A DNA stretch of 64,000 nt from Octopus sinensis (taxonomy: Eukaryota). Both the position numbers and the translations under genes were made by a program. Every line of letters starts with the position of its first letter. Within the stretch, counting starts at the first letter, position 1. The DNA lies in assembly GCF_006345805.1 (NCBI RefSeq), contig NC_043002.1:82026001-82090000 (forward strand), in the 5' to 3' direction. This document shows, piece after piece, positions 39,831 to 52,597 of this stretch. The notes beneath the pieces were generated by a model. It made no database searches. It worked only from the letters and a program-made list of their open reading frames with translations, and was not told the DNA's origin.

Positions 39831-39937
39831 ATAAGGTTGTGTCACAACATCCTGCAGATCGAGGGATCGGACCAATTCCTGGCTATGTTGTTTCACCTTA
39901 TCCTTATCCCAATGGGGCTTCAGTTCCAGCTAGTTTG
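39831..39937 (+). CDS. TCF7L2: Internal coding exon (107 nt, phase 1 to phase 0) of a probable TCF/LEF family transcription factor (pangolin / TCF7L2-like), lying between the beta-catenin-binding and HMG domains
   Basis: Strong acceptor (ttttttcttcttctttccttgcag) and consensus donor (TTG|gtaagt). Open frame (G|AT) DKVVSQHPADRGIGPIPGYVVSPYPYPNGASVPASL. The PGY..SPY.PNG motif resembles vertebrate TCF7L2 exon 3 ([23 protein letters not shown]), which as I recall also runs phase 1 to phase 0 before a very large intron. The exon is well supported; gene identity rests on a short motif. Confidence 0.65.
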
Positions 39938-40315
39938 GTAAGTCTCAGTTTTATTGCAGTAGATAAACTGCTTTGATAGCTTGAATTAGGGAGCGTTTTT
40001 TTTCCTTCGGAACAACATGGCTAGACAAAAGGCACTTAGATTAGTTGGCTTGTTTGCTTCATGTTCAGTTATTATTATTATTATTATTATTATTAGCAGC
40101 AGCAGCAGCTTGTATGTTTACATTAGTAGTATCTTCCTTCTCTAATCTTGTCTGGTGGTTAAATAATCACCAATGGTGGTGAGTTTTCTTATACATTTTC
40201 AGTATTTCAACAACTGCTGGAGTTTTTTTTTTTTCTTCTCTCTCCCTCTACGTAGGCAGCAATCAAGTGGGAGTGGAAGGAAACACTATATATATATATA
40301 TATATATATAATGTA

Positions 40316-40350
<35 letters not shown>

Positions 40351-40616
40351 GTGTGTGTGTGTGCACTGAGGTCATACTAATTATTCCACATATTAACACA
40401 ACAATCAGATTAACAATCTCCTTGTTTTGATCAACTGGCAGATAAGAATCTTTCCAAGCCATTACCTTTCTCTAACACAATAAGGCTCATTAGTTTTGCT
40501 TTTTCTTTTTCTTTTTTTTATTTAATGTATGCTTTTTTTTTGTTTTGTTTTGTGTTTCATATTTTTGTATATTCTTTTCCCTGTCTATATTCTGATTGTA
40601 TATCTATATCTATCTG

Positions 40617-40671
<55 letters not shown>

Positions 40672-41092
40672 TTCACCCAGCAAAAGGGTTCCTAAATATT
40701 AACTAAAAGGCCTTAGTAAAATCATGTAATAATCGTTTCTTGAATAATTAACTTTGATTTATGCTTAGCTTATGCTTAGCTATTAACATCCTGAGTCGTG
40801 GTTCTCTCTGTATTACTGCACACATGTGTGTGTGTGTGTGTGTCTATATAATTGTAGGGTGTGAATTTATCACTGTTGTAAATCCTGCTGAAATTACAGG
40901 GGTCACTTTCGACATTTTTGATTGTCTTAATAAAAGGTTGTCTTTTCCATTTAGCGGATGTTGATTTACTGTTGAGATATGTGACAGTATCTGTTCTCCT
41001 ACCATCAAAAGGCTGTGGTCACTCTGCCCTGTCTCCTCACTCCCAGCAAAATTTCACAAAATTCACTTTTACTGCCTTAATTAATACATAAA

Positions 41093-41139
<47 letters not shown>

Positions 41140-41378
41140 TTATTGAAATGGATAAATGAATTATCTTGTTAAGGATTATTCAAAATTTAACCGATACCTG
41201 GGTAGCAAAAATCTCAACAGAAAAAACATGGTTGGAGTTACGACCTTGGAGTGTCGCAACCGTGCCTTAGCGCGGATAATTGAAGTTTAATATATTTAGT
41301 GTAGAATCTTCGTTCAGCTCCATTTCTTCCCTTCACTAAATATATATATATATACATACATGTATATATAAGCCATAG

Positions 41379-41843
41379 GTGCAAGGCATGGCTGTGTGGT
41401 CAAGAAGTTCATTTCGCAGCTACATGTCTTCTACTATAGCCCCAGGCCAACTAAAGCCTTTGTCAGTGAATTTGGTAAACAGAAACTGTAAAAAGCCTGT
41501 CGCGTAGGAGTGGCTGTGTGGTAAGTAGCTTGCTTACGAACCACATGGTTCCGGGTTCAGTCCCACTGTGTGGCACCTTGGGCAAGTGTCTTCTACTATA
41601 GCCTCGGGTTGACCAAAGCCTTGTGTGTGGATTTGGTAGGCAGAAACTGAAAGAAGCCCATTGTATATTTGTGTATATATATGTTTGTGTGTCTGTATTT
41701 GTCCCCCGTAACTTAGTGGTTCGGCAAAAGAAACCAATAGAATAAGTACTAGGCTTACAAAGAATAAGTCCTGGGGTTGATTTGCTTGACTAAAAGGCGA
41801 TGCTCCAGCATAGCCACAATCAAATGACTGAAACAAGTAAAGA
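41379..41843 (+). mobile_element. Two SINE family A copies: degenerate 5' part (41379-41501) followed by a complete copy (41502-41843)
   Basis: Two heads (ggcatggctgtgtgg and gcgtaggagtggctgtgtggtaag). The second copy has the full core and tail. Confidence 0.85.
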
Positions 41844-43524
41844 GTGTGTGTGTGCACACACATGTATATGTCTGTGTCTCCTTGTCTTGTATTGTGGTAG
41901 TTGTAAATGAGTATCACTGTCTCATACAGGCAGTGTCATCCCTTTCCATGTATGGTTGGTTGGTGACAGGAAGCGCATCCAACCATAGAAAATTCTGCCT
42001 CAATAAATTCCATGCAAGCATGGAAAACTTGACTTTAAAATGAAGTTGATGATGCTAATCAAATAACATGGCAAGCCAAGCAAACTTGAACCTGCACTCC
42101 ATGAACTCTTTAAAAGTTTATCACTTCTGAGTTTTAAAATTCCACCACAATCACACAAATCACCTTTACATATCAGCTCCTTATCAGTTAATCACTAGAA
42201 TCCCATCTTCAACAAAAAAAACCCAAAAGGCCATTATATACAAAAACAAAAGAAAACAAACCCACCCTTATTTAGTTTCCTCAAACCATTATCATTTTAA
42301 AAATCTGTTTTGCAAATACTTCAACCATTTCTTCTTAGATCTTCTTCCTTGGTCTAGTTTTTAGAAATGCGTTCCCTAATCTATTAAAATTGGTTGCAAA
42401 ACACCTGGATAATCCTCGAATGGCAACATTTTGTTTGTGTTCTGTGTTTCATCAAAATGACAATTATTTTACTTCAGTGTGAATTTGTTTTCAATTCCTA
42501 TTAGTCTTTTAACATTTTGCTTGTGTTTATATGTAAACACAGTAAAACACATGACCTATCGCTGGTAGTGGTGGTGTTGGCAGTAAATGTGTGTGTGTGT
42601 GTAGTTTGCTTCACTTTTATATTTTAGTTGATAACTTTTGTCTGTAGGTGGTATTAAGCTCTCGGTAATTACTAGTTACTCACTGGATAACTGCATTTGT
42701 GTACAGAGACTAAATAGCCGCAGGTGTTACCGACTTAACATTGAATATGCATTGCTGTGTATTTGAACTTAGGTGTGTACAGTTGTCTCTGTTCAAACAG
42801 TTTATTAGAATTTACATGTTCACCGCCTGTAAATAAAGCACATGGCCTTTTTGAAAGACTTTTTCCATTGAGGAGTTTACCTTAGAAAGAAAGATACAAC
42901 AGTTCTTCAGATATTGAATAATCGGCATTGTTTGTCCCTTTCTCTCTCTTCTTTACTATAATAGCTGTTTCATGCTTTAAACTGGTTTTCATTGTGTCTT
43001 TGATTAATTCCTTTCTGAATACCAATTAACTACTGCTTCTATTTCTCTTTATGGCTCAATGTTCCTTACAAAGAAAGACTCTGTATGTGTGTGTGTTTTC
43101 TTAGAGTTTTCTGCTATTTGCTATATCTAAGAATAGTTGATTTTGGCAAGTCAATCTAGTTTACATTCTTTGAATAGTTGATAACTTTCTATGTTAATAA
43201 CCGTTTCAGATAATGAATTTCAAATCCACCATTAAAAGTGGTAACAAGTACAATTACTTTTCATAAGTCTTTCATGTCTATGTATCGTTTCTCTCTTTTA
43301 TAATCTCTTCAATATGACACTAAATTATGGAATCAACATAGTTTAATCCTTTATCTTCAAAGTACATTTAATCAAATATACCGCCTATGTGATTTAACTA
43401 ATTGCAAAAATCATCAAGAATTTAGATGTATTTAATATAAATGTTAAATTAAAAGTATTATTTTAAACCTAATTTTAAAAAAAACAAAAACTATGGAATT
43501 TTTTCGCTGATAGAGTGATTTAAT

Positions 43525-43695
43525 ATTGGTTTCAAATTTTGGCACAAGGCCATCAATTTTGGGAGAGGTGGTTGATTACATCGACCCCAGTGCTCAACTG
43601 GTATTTATTTTATCAAGTCTGAAAGGATGTAAAGCCAGACAAAATTCCACTAAGCCTTTTACTTGGCATGAAAATGATTCTGCCAGCTCACCACC
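43525..43695 (-). mobile_element. SINE family B, internally deleted
   Basis: Reverse-complement head (tgccagctcaccacc) and central domain. Confidence 0.7.
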
Positions 43696-43929
43696 TACGA
43701 GCGACTCAATATTGAGAATTGAGTCAAAATTTATTGTAAGGCTCAAGTTGATTGTAACTTCAAGTTTCCCCCACAAGGTCTTGTACCAGTGTGTTTTCTT
43801 GATGAACTTTTCGGTTTTCTGTAATAAAACTTTAGGGAAGGCTTTCTTGTTTGGTATTGGTATTGGCAAGTTTTTCATTGAGAATGAAATATCAGTTGAT
43901 TGAATAAGCCAATAAATGAAAGTTGGATG

Positions 43930-44145
43930 GTTGCGAGCTGGCAGAAACGTTAGCACACCAGGCAAAATGCTTAGCGGTATTTCATCTGTCTTTTACATTC
44001 TGAGTTCAAATCCCACCGAGGTCGACTTTGCCTTTCATCCTTTCAGGGTTGATAAATTAACTACCAGTTGTGTACTGGGGGTCAATCTAATTGACTGGCC
44101 CCTTCCTCAAATATTTCAGGCCTTGTTCATAGAGTAAAAAAGAAT
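43930..44145 (+). mobile_element. SINE family B
   Basis: gagctggcagaaacgttagcac head, B box, central domain, ccttg..agtaaaaaagaat tail. Confidence 0.85.
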
Positions 44146-44451
44146 AAGTCAACTTCAATTTTTACAGTAAATAGACCTGGTGTGGGCAGCCTTTTTCAAA
44201 AAGCATGCTGCATGAGCCATAACATTACAAGCTGATGTTTGGAGCATACCTTAACCGAAAAAGGTTTTCACATAGTTTTTAACAGAAGGTTGTAATTTTA
44301 TCACAGAACCAGCAGCAGTTTCAGGTGCATTTGTATTGAAAGGGCTAAACTAGTAATTCTGGACTAAAATACATTAATCTGATTCAAAATTATATTTTCG
44401 AATTCAAGTAAAAGCCTCTCAGATTATTTTTGCTCACCCCTTTCTTTCATC

Positions 44452-44670
44452 GACCCTTTAGTTACCAAATTTCCATTGAAATATGCTGCCTTTACTTCAT
44501 TTTTGAAAATAATGAAAAATTTCGTAAAATGTCTGGCATTTTTAAGTTGATGTTTAGAAAAAAAAAATAGTTTGAAATTTTGAAGAATTTAATTTAGATG
44601 ACTTTAAAACTGGAAGTTTGTATTTTATACCACGAAGTGATCCCAGGCTGGTTGATAACATTAAGGTTAA
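44452..44670. mobile_element. Degenerate piggyBac-like MITE
   Basis: Ends accctttagttacc ... gataacattaaggttaa resemble TTAA-CCCTTT type termini. The left TTAA is decayed. Confidence 0.35.
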
Positions 44671-45039
44671 GGGAGATATTTGGGTTTTTTTTTAATCTTT
44701 CTTTTGTATAAATATTGTTTTGTTTTAATTCTTTGTTTTCGTTTCATTCTATTCATCTATTATAATTATTCAAACTACATTTCAAATAGTGGATAAATAA
44801 AAAATATAGTGTACAGGAATAGTCCTAACCAAAACCCAACACACACACACACACACACACTCTCTCCCATTCACTCACTCACACACACACTCTCTGTGTG
44901 ACACCCACTCTCCCTCCCTCTCACACACACACTCTTTCTCTGACACACATTCTCTCTCTCATACCCACACACACACACACAGAGTTTCCTTTATAGCAAA
45001 TACAGGCATATATAATTGTGACTCCACTAACAGACTTGC

Positions 45040-45250
45040 TGTCTCCTCTCTGTCTTCTCTATTGTGACATTTATGGCCTTTTATTCCACAGAGCTGGTTA
45101 TCCTGTTCCTCCAACTAAATACTACGCCCAGTTTTTCCTTCCCAGAATAGTTGTTCTCTGGAATCTTCTCCCTGTGCATATCTTTCCTACAGGTGTTGAT
45201 CTGCGGCAACTATTCATACAAAACATCAACATACAACACGAAGTTCATTG
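45040..45250 (+). mobile_element. 3' fragment of a CR1/L2/Jockey-group LINE ORF2
   Basis: Translation TKYYAQFFLPRIVVLWNLLPVHIF resembles the C-terminal SFFPRxxxLWNxLP motif of non-LTR retrotransposon ORF2. Confidence 0.6.
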
Positions 45251-45415
45251 ATCACAGAGTGTCTGCAAAGGTCATAGACACTGTGCACCTTCCTTCTGAT
45301 GCAGCATCCTGTTTCTTCTACTTGTTTCAGTCGTTGGATAGACTTTGGCCATGCTGGGGCACTGCATTGCAGAATTTTAGTCAAGTGGCGCAACTGCAGT
45401 GCTTAATTTTTTGTT

Positions 45416-45815
45416 TCTCTTTTACTTGTTTCAGTCATTTGACTGCGGCCATGCTGGAGCACCGCCTTTAGTCGAGCAAATCGACCCCAGGACTTATTCT
45501 TTGTAAGCCCAGTACTTATTCTATCGGTCTCTTTTGCCGAACCGCTAAGTGATGGGGACGTAAACACACCAGCATCGGTTGTCAAGCAATGCTAGAGGGA
45601 CAAACACAGGCACACAAACATATGCACACACACATACATATATATACATATATACGACAGGCTTCTTTCAGTTTCCGTCTATCAAATCCACTCACAAGGC
45701 TTTGGTCAGCCCGAGGCTATAGCAGAAGACACTTGCCCAAGATGCCACGCAGTGGGACTGAACCTGGAACCATGGGTTGGTTAGCAAGCTACTTACCACA
45801 CAGCCACTCCTGCGC
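45416..45815 (-). mobile_element. SINE family A, young full-length copy
   Basis: Reverse complement from the gcgcaggagtggctgtgtgg head to the aagtaaaagag tail. It sits inside an older family A copy (45315-45400 and 45830-46097). Confidence 0.9.
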
Positions 45816-46570
45816 CTTGTTTGTTAAACCTTATTTTATTGGTCTCTCTTGCTAAACTGCCAAGTTACAGGGGATGTAAATAAACCAACAGCTGTTGTGA
45901 AGCGGTGTCGGGGGGAACGAATCCATACACACAGACACACACACATGATGGGCTACTTTCAGTTTCTGTTTACTGGATTCATTCATAAGGCCTGAGACTA
46001 TAGTAGTAGACACTTACCCAAGGTGCCATACAGTGAGACTGAACCCTGAACTATGTGACTGGAAAGCAAACTCCTTACCACAAAGCCACAACTGCACCAT
46101 TTAAAGTGGGGTTGGAGGGACTGAAGTACCTTTTTTTTTTTTTTTTTGCTCATGTTTAATTTTTCTCAACCTGGGAACCTTGTGGCTATGAAGTGACTTT
46201 CTTAGTCATTTGGTTATACAGCATCAACAGATATCTGTGAGAGGGAAATTGGTAAATGGAAACTATGTGGAAGCTTGTCTAATGGATTGTATCTGTCTTT
46301 CAAGTGTCCAGCTTTGTTACACGCTGACATTGCCTGAGGATTAATTTAAGGGTACATATGTCTGTGGAATACTCAGCCATGTACATGCCAATTCAATAAG
46401 CAGGTAGCCCATTTGATAAAACAGCTAAAGACTAAGGTTTGGAAATTCTGACCAAGATTAATTTAATTGTGAATTCTTCTTAACAGCAGATGAATCAACC
46501 ACAGACTTTTTACATGGCCACCTGAAGTGCTAAGCAATAGCACACACAAAGCTAGTTTATCACCGTGAAG

Positions 46571-47100
46571 CAAGGCTGGATTAAGACCCATAAAGGCCCT
46601 AAGCACTTAAAAGATTTTGCTGCCTCCATATACATGTAATTCAGAATATAAATCATATAAACCACTAGGAAAATTATTCTAGCAAGTTTGAAGTGATTTC
46701 TGTGAGGACCATTCCTCTTTCCCTTGTTGCCCTAGGGTAAAGACCCTTTTGGTTATGAATGACCATGGGATTGCACCTAGAAAGTTCCCCTCTGGGTACA
46801 AGTCCAGGCAAGGTTGTTTATGGAAGACCAGCAGTTGCCCATACATACCAGCTTCCCCTCTCCATACCACCGATGTTATCCAAAGGAAAGGCAAAAGCCA
46901 ATACAGCTTGGCGCCAGTGATGTCACAACTCATTTCTACAGCTGAGTTAATTGGATCAATGTGAACTAAAGTGTCTTACTCAAGAACATCACATACAGCT
47001 TGGTCCAGGAATTGAACTCACTACCTCATTATTGTGAGTCCGACTGTCTAACTACTGAGCCATGCAATGCTTATTTTGCTTAATAGTTAATCCAGCGCTA
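46571..47100. mobile_element. hAT-like non-autonomous element interrupted by a SINE
   Basis: Short TIRs caaggctggattaa and ttaatccagcgcta. 8-bp target duplication ccgtgaag (46563-70) / ccgtggag (47101-08) with one mismatch. Confidence 0.65.
46749..47066 (-). mobile_element. tRNA-derived SINE family D
   Basis: Reverse complement of the 54068-54380 element (B box gagttcaattcc, ttgagtaagacactt core). Confidence 0.8.
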
Positions 47101-48269
47101 CCGTGGAGTTTTGTGGTTTAGTGGTTAGGGTGTTACACTCATCGTAAGATTGCGGCTTTGATTCCTGGACTAGGCAATGCATTATGTACTTGAGCAAAAA
47201 GCTTAATATCACATTGCTCAAAAAATGAGCTGGCAAAAATGAGTAATCCTGAGACATAGCAGCATTCCATCCAGGGGGACACTATATATGCCACAGAAAC
47301 TGGGGAACTGGCCTTATGAATCTATATGACTTGGGTAACGAGCTTTATCCTTTTATTCTAGTTTATCATTATTATTTTGAGGTGCAGGTATGGCCATGTT
47401 GTGAAGAGGTTCATTTCTTAACCACATGATTTTTAGTTTAGTTCCATTGTGTGACAGCTTGGTTAAAGCGACTACAATTATAGCCCTGGGCCAACAAAAT
47501 CTTCCTGTGGGAATTTGGTAGATAAAATCCGCAAGAAACCTGTCGTATTAATTTGTGTGTGTGTGTGAGTGAGAGAGTATTTTGCCATTCCACGCTTGAG
47601 TGCACCCGTGTTGATGTTGACGTTATGACTAACTGGACACTACACGCTAAAAAAAATATTAAAAAAACGCCTCGGCAATAAAATATCCCTTACCTGAAAA
47701 CAGTTAAGCGTTTGTGATAGGAAGAGCACCCAGCTGTAATAATCCTAATCCTGTTTCGTAATAACTCCCTGTCCCAACTCATGGTAGCATAGAAAAGCAG
47801 AAACAAAACCAGAGACGTTAAGCAAGCAAATGAATGAATGAATAAATAAACGAATTTTGAATTATTACTGTTCAGCATAAGATACACTACGAAAACAATA
47901 TGAATTTCACACAGTTGGGGTGCTTCTGATCAACTGGCGGGTCTCTTCAATCAAGAGGTGATAATTAACACTTGTAGGTTACTGGGTCCAACTCCTCTTA
48001 ATATTAAATCAGTTCAAACAATACGTTAAGAAAAAATTCCCGACTTTAATATTGATTATTATATTTTTAACATATTGTCTCATATTATTTACAACAGTTT
48101 ATCTATCCACCAAAACTAACAATGTATAAAGTTTGCGAGTTATTATTTTTTTTCTTCTTTTCTTCCTTTCGTTAAAGTTTGTCCTATTGTTTCTCAATGT
48201 AAATTGGTTTGTAAATATACTATTGAATATAGAAAAAAATAGCAATGTTGAAAATAATGCAACAAAGTT

Positions 48270-48300
<31 letters not shown>

Positions 48301-48400
48301 TTTATTTTATTTGTTACTAAAATGAGATTTTAGTTTTCTTGTTCGTTGACGTATGCGATATAAGCTTTTTTTTTCCAACTGTTCCAGTTTCTTGAATCCA

Positions 48401-48417
48401 CGGGGCGGGCGCGGGGG
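48401..48417 (+). promoter_or_regulatory. Candidate GC box (Sp/KLF site) within the CpG-retaining domain
   Basis: cggggcgggcgcgggg is the most conspicuous GC/CpG run I saw in this AT-rich window. Motif evidence only. Confidence 0.3.
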
Positions 48418-49094
48418 TTAGTAGAGGTTGTTCTTTGGTTTATTTTTATTAAATGTAACCTGATAGTGTTGATCTTCATTTTCACCACATTATATCTTTC
48501 ATCTTCATTCCTCCATATTGTTTTCATTATTTCTGCTTTTTCTTTTCTTATCATTCCCCTTGTTAATGGCCTTTTGTTCCACTCAACATGGCTTTCATTT
48601 TACAGTCTCTCTCTCTCTCCCCTTCTTGCACTCAACACCATCCTCATGCCTCTTGCATTGTTATCGTCTGTTTTAGTCATACTTCTATCTTTCTTCCTAA
48701 TAGAATAAATACTGTGCTCTTTGCCCCTTTTATCGATCCTCTTCATGCCATTCCTGCAGTTACCGAAATTCCTGCGCACTGTGTAGTCAGTCTATCAGTA
48801 CTGACTGCTCCACAAAAAAAATTTGTTTTTAATTTTTTACTCTTATAATAACTTTTTGGGAATATTCTATTTAAACTACTATAAACCGCAATCGTTCTCG
48901 ATATCAGGCAATTTGTAGAAATAGATAAAGGTAATTAATATACCTTGTTTCTTTGCATTGATATAAAGTTTCGATAGTCAACTTTGGAAGTAGAGGGTGA
49001 ATAACAAACATATTTGAGAGGAGAAAAATTTAGGCTTACAAGAAATTATCCTTGTTCCTGTATATATATATATATAATATATAAGGATATTTTT

Positions 49095-49131
<37 letters not shown>

Positions 49132-49311
49132 ACATTTTTTTGTATGTGTGTATATATATATATATATTATATATGGCAATTTTTCAGAAAAGTATATTAA
49201 AACTGAAAGTATTTGTTCGGCAATTTCCGAAATTTTTTTTTTATTCCTTTATTTTTCATCAGCTGATTCGCTTATGTTTATGTAACTTTTGCATATACAT
49301 GTTTGCGTGTA

Positions 49312-49342
<31 letters not shown>

Positions 49343-50285
49343 ATATTCGTGTAATATTATGCATATCTGTGTGTATATGTTATACACACAAATATATATA
49401 CATACACCAAAATACATAAACATATGCGATTCAGCAAAAAAAAAAAACTTTTTTACGGAAATTGCCGAACAAATACTTTCAGTTTTGATTTACTTTCTTC
49501 GAAAGATCGTCAATTAATTTAAGAAATTGTACAGAAGAAAAGTAATTTTAGTTGGGTTTTTTGTTGTTGTTTCGGGTTCGGTTTTTCTGCACAGCACTTT
49601 GGTTAAACGTGTACATCAAGTACTTCTGTGAGAAGATTTCAGTAGTTGTGTGTGTCGGTCGTGACCGAACGGTTGGTTGAGTGCGGCTAAAAACTGATGA
49701 TCTTAGCAGGAATTCCTTTGTACCGAATTACAGACACACCCGTGCCATTCGCACTGCCCTTATCCCATAATCCCAGTGATCCAGTGACTTAGGCCGTCGG
49801 TAAACTGTAACCAACGACGCCGTGGTTCCCCCAAAACGCCTATTGCGTGCGTGTGTATGTGTGTGTATGTATGTGTGATTAAAAACAGCGAGAATGGTGC
49901 AGAATATTTTGATTTACATTTCTAAGTTCTCTCTCACCCTCACTGTGTGTGTGTGTGTGTGTGTGTGTGTTTATTAACCTATGTTCGTGTCAAAGTTTTT
50001 TCCCCGCTTCTCTCCCTTTTGATCTCCATTTGTTTATTAGATATTTTCTTCCTCTTCTCTTTTCTGCACCTTAAATCTCTTCTGCTCATTCCTCCCCCGT
50101 CTCTCTCTCTCTCTCACTCACTTTTTTCTATATTTCCAACTCTTCCTTTCCATTCAGTTCTCTTTCTTTGATGCTTGTCCGCTATTTTATCGTTTACTCT
50201 TGTCTTTCCTTCATCTTCGACTAGCTGTTTTCTTCTTTCTTTTATTATTTATTTATCTTGTGTTGTGAAATATAATTAAAGTTGT

Positions 50286-50701
50286 CGTGGCTGTATGGTA
50301 AGACGCTCGCTTCCCAACCATGTGGTTTTGGGGGTTCAGTCCCTATGCGCAGCATCTTGGGCAACACTATCGACGAAAGCCTTGTGAGTGAATTTGTTAG
50401 GCGAAAACTGGAAGAAGCCTTTATATATATATATATATATATACATAGACATACACATATATATACATACACATACATATATATATATATAAGGCGGTGA
50501 GCTGGCAGAAACGTTAGCGCGCCGGGCGAATTGCTTAGTGGTATTTCGTCTGTCGTTACGTTCTGAGTTCAAATTGCCTTTCATCCTTTCGGGGTCGATA
50601 AATAAAGTACCAGTTTCGCACTGGGGTCGATGTAATCGACTTAATCCCTTTGTCTGTCCTTGTTTCTCCCCTCTATGTTTAGTCCCTTGTGGGCAATAAA
50701 G

Positions 50702-50733
<32 letters not shown>

Positions 50734-50855
50734 CTTGTGTCTTTGTCCCCACCACTGCTTGACAGCCGGTGTTTATGTCCCCGTGACTAGGCGGGTCGGC
50801 AAATAGAAAACGATAGAATAAGTATCAGGTTTTAAAAATACTGGCGTCGATTTGT
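50286..50855 (+). mobile_element. SINE family A interrupted in its (TA)n tract by a family B SINE
   Basis: Head and core at 50286-50420. The 3' half (tgtgtctttgtccccaccactgcttgacagccggtg) resumes after 50732. Confidence 0.8.
50492..50705 (+). mobile_element. SINE family B inserted in the (TA)n of a family A SINE
   Basis: ggcggtgagctggcagaaacgttagcgcgccggg head through the aataaagaaa tail, flanked by (TA)n. Confidence 0.9.
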
Positions 50856-50920
50856 GCAGCATAAACCCATCAGTTTATCATTTACAAGTCTTCCTTTGAT
50901 CGCTGCCGTCGTCCGAGATA

Positions 50921-51397
50921 CAGTACCATATCAATTATCCGGCAAGCTTGGGACCGGAAGTGTCCCGGATTTATGAAAATTTTCCGGTTTTTTGGGGATA
51001 GGTAGTTAAAATAAATAAAATGAACTATGAAAACTAAAAAAAACTAAATTGTATTTAACACATTGAAATTATGACTCTTCAGTAGCCGGGTCTGTTTGAT
51101 ATTTACCAATCCACTTAGAATTCTTAAAATATGTCATACTGTGCCATGTATGCACTATGTTTATAGAGTGAAAATTAAACGAAGAATGTAGGTACAAATC
51201 TAACAGAGTTCTAAAGCAGAGTATTTTTAATCTTTTTATCAATTAAAAAAAAATTTTAAGAATAAAACTACTTCTACACAATATGCAAATTTAACCAACT
51301 TCAAAAACGGGGTCTGTTTATTCCATACAGGGTATATAGTAAGTATATTGCAAAATATACCCGGATTTCTGGAAGCCGGATAAAAGGTCCGGTACTG
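50921..51397. mobile_element. Tigger/pogo-like MITE (477 bp)
   Basis: TIRs cagtaccatatcaattatccggc and gccggataaaaggtccggtactg, TA on both sides (50919-20, 51398-99), AT-rich non-coding interior. Confidence 0.8.
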
Positions 51398-52460
51398 TAT
51401 CATTCATTATCCAATGACTTACGGCAGGTTGTTAGGACTACTTCAGTCAAGCTGTCTAAGGGAAGTAACTCTTATCTAGCCAGGTGGAGAGTGTCAGTCG
51501 GCTTCACCACTAAATTCATCATGGGTTTACTTTTATGTTACATGATCATAGTCTGAGGGAAAACGTGAGGCTGTGACGTTCATGCGTTTACCAACAGCAT
51601 TTATCGCGATTGAGAATTGATTTTAATTGGCAATTCATTTTTTTTTTTTTTTAATACAGGATTAATTAAGAACTCCCTCTCTGCCTGTATCTGTTTTTCC
51701 ATTTCGGGGTGTTATCTTAATTTTTATTAATAATACATAGCATACTGATGTGTGTGTACGTGCGTGTACACACATACATACACGCACATACACACGCACA
51801 CGCAGACACACACACAATTAAAATGGCCAAAATCTCTTCACTGATTCATAAGTCTTGCCTATCTATCAGTTATGCTTTCTGGAAACTATATCCAAATTAA
51901 ATTAGGAAAAAAAAAGAAAGAAAGAGAGCAAGAACATATATATTAAAAATTTTTAAGTATATTTTTGTAATGTTGTTACATCTCAAATTTTTATTAGTTG
52001 TGTGTGTGTGTGTATGTGTTCGTTCGTCGGCGAGGATCTTTCGATTGCTAGAAGGGTTTGATAGTAGTGCTTCTAATATTTCTGCTACTCCAGTGTATTT
52101 GGTTCTAGTTCTTCTCTCTCTCCCTCTCTCTCTCTCCTTCCTATTATCGAAGTGTGTAAGGGTGTTGGCATTTATTGATTTCATTTACTTTTTTTTTTTT
52201 ATATTGAGCAATATCTAATGTGTGGATGGATAAACCAGCGGAGTAGCGGACAGAGGGCAACGGAGAATAGCTAAAAATTATATTAGCTTGGCTTTAATAG
52301 GATTTTTTGACGTGACACATTTTGAGATAATCTCCATATTCTTTCTCTCCATTCTTTCGTTCCATTTTTTTTTTTTTTTTTCAATTTAAAAAAAAAAATT
52401 TTTTTTTCCTTCTTTAAATTGCTGTTGATGTCATATTTCCTACTCGCCGTGTTGTTTTCT

Positions 52461-52494
<34 letters not shown>

Positions 52495-52566
52495 CACTAC
52501 TACATGTTCCCCCCCATCTCTTCCCTCTCGTTTAGTTATTTATCTCTGCCACCACCACCACCCCTT

Positions 52567-52597
<31 letters not shown>

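Noticed and set aside
41230-41275. gac-cttggagt-gtc-gcaaccgtg, a possible decayed hammerhead stem II
   Set aside because: Both core boxes are absent or mutated.
41502-41570. tRNA-like A and B boxes (also at other SINE heads)
   Set aside because: These are SINE heads that continue into core and tail sequence. No full cloverleaf is present, so they are not tRNA genes.
44176-44441. Possible hAT-like ends (cctggtgtgggcagcc ... gctcacccct)
   Set aside because: The TIR match is poor and no 8-bp TSD was found.
48588-48848. 86-aa ORF in the CpG domain containing QHHPH, vaguely like TCF VVQHPHH
   Set aside because: No further TCF similarity and no clear donor site. It is probably chance in pyrimidine-rich sequence.
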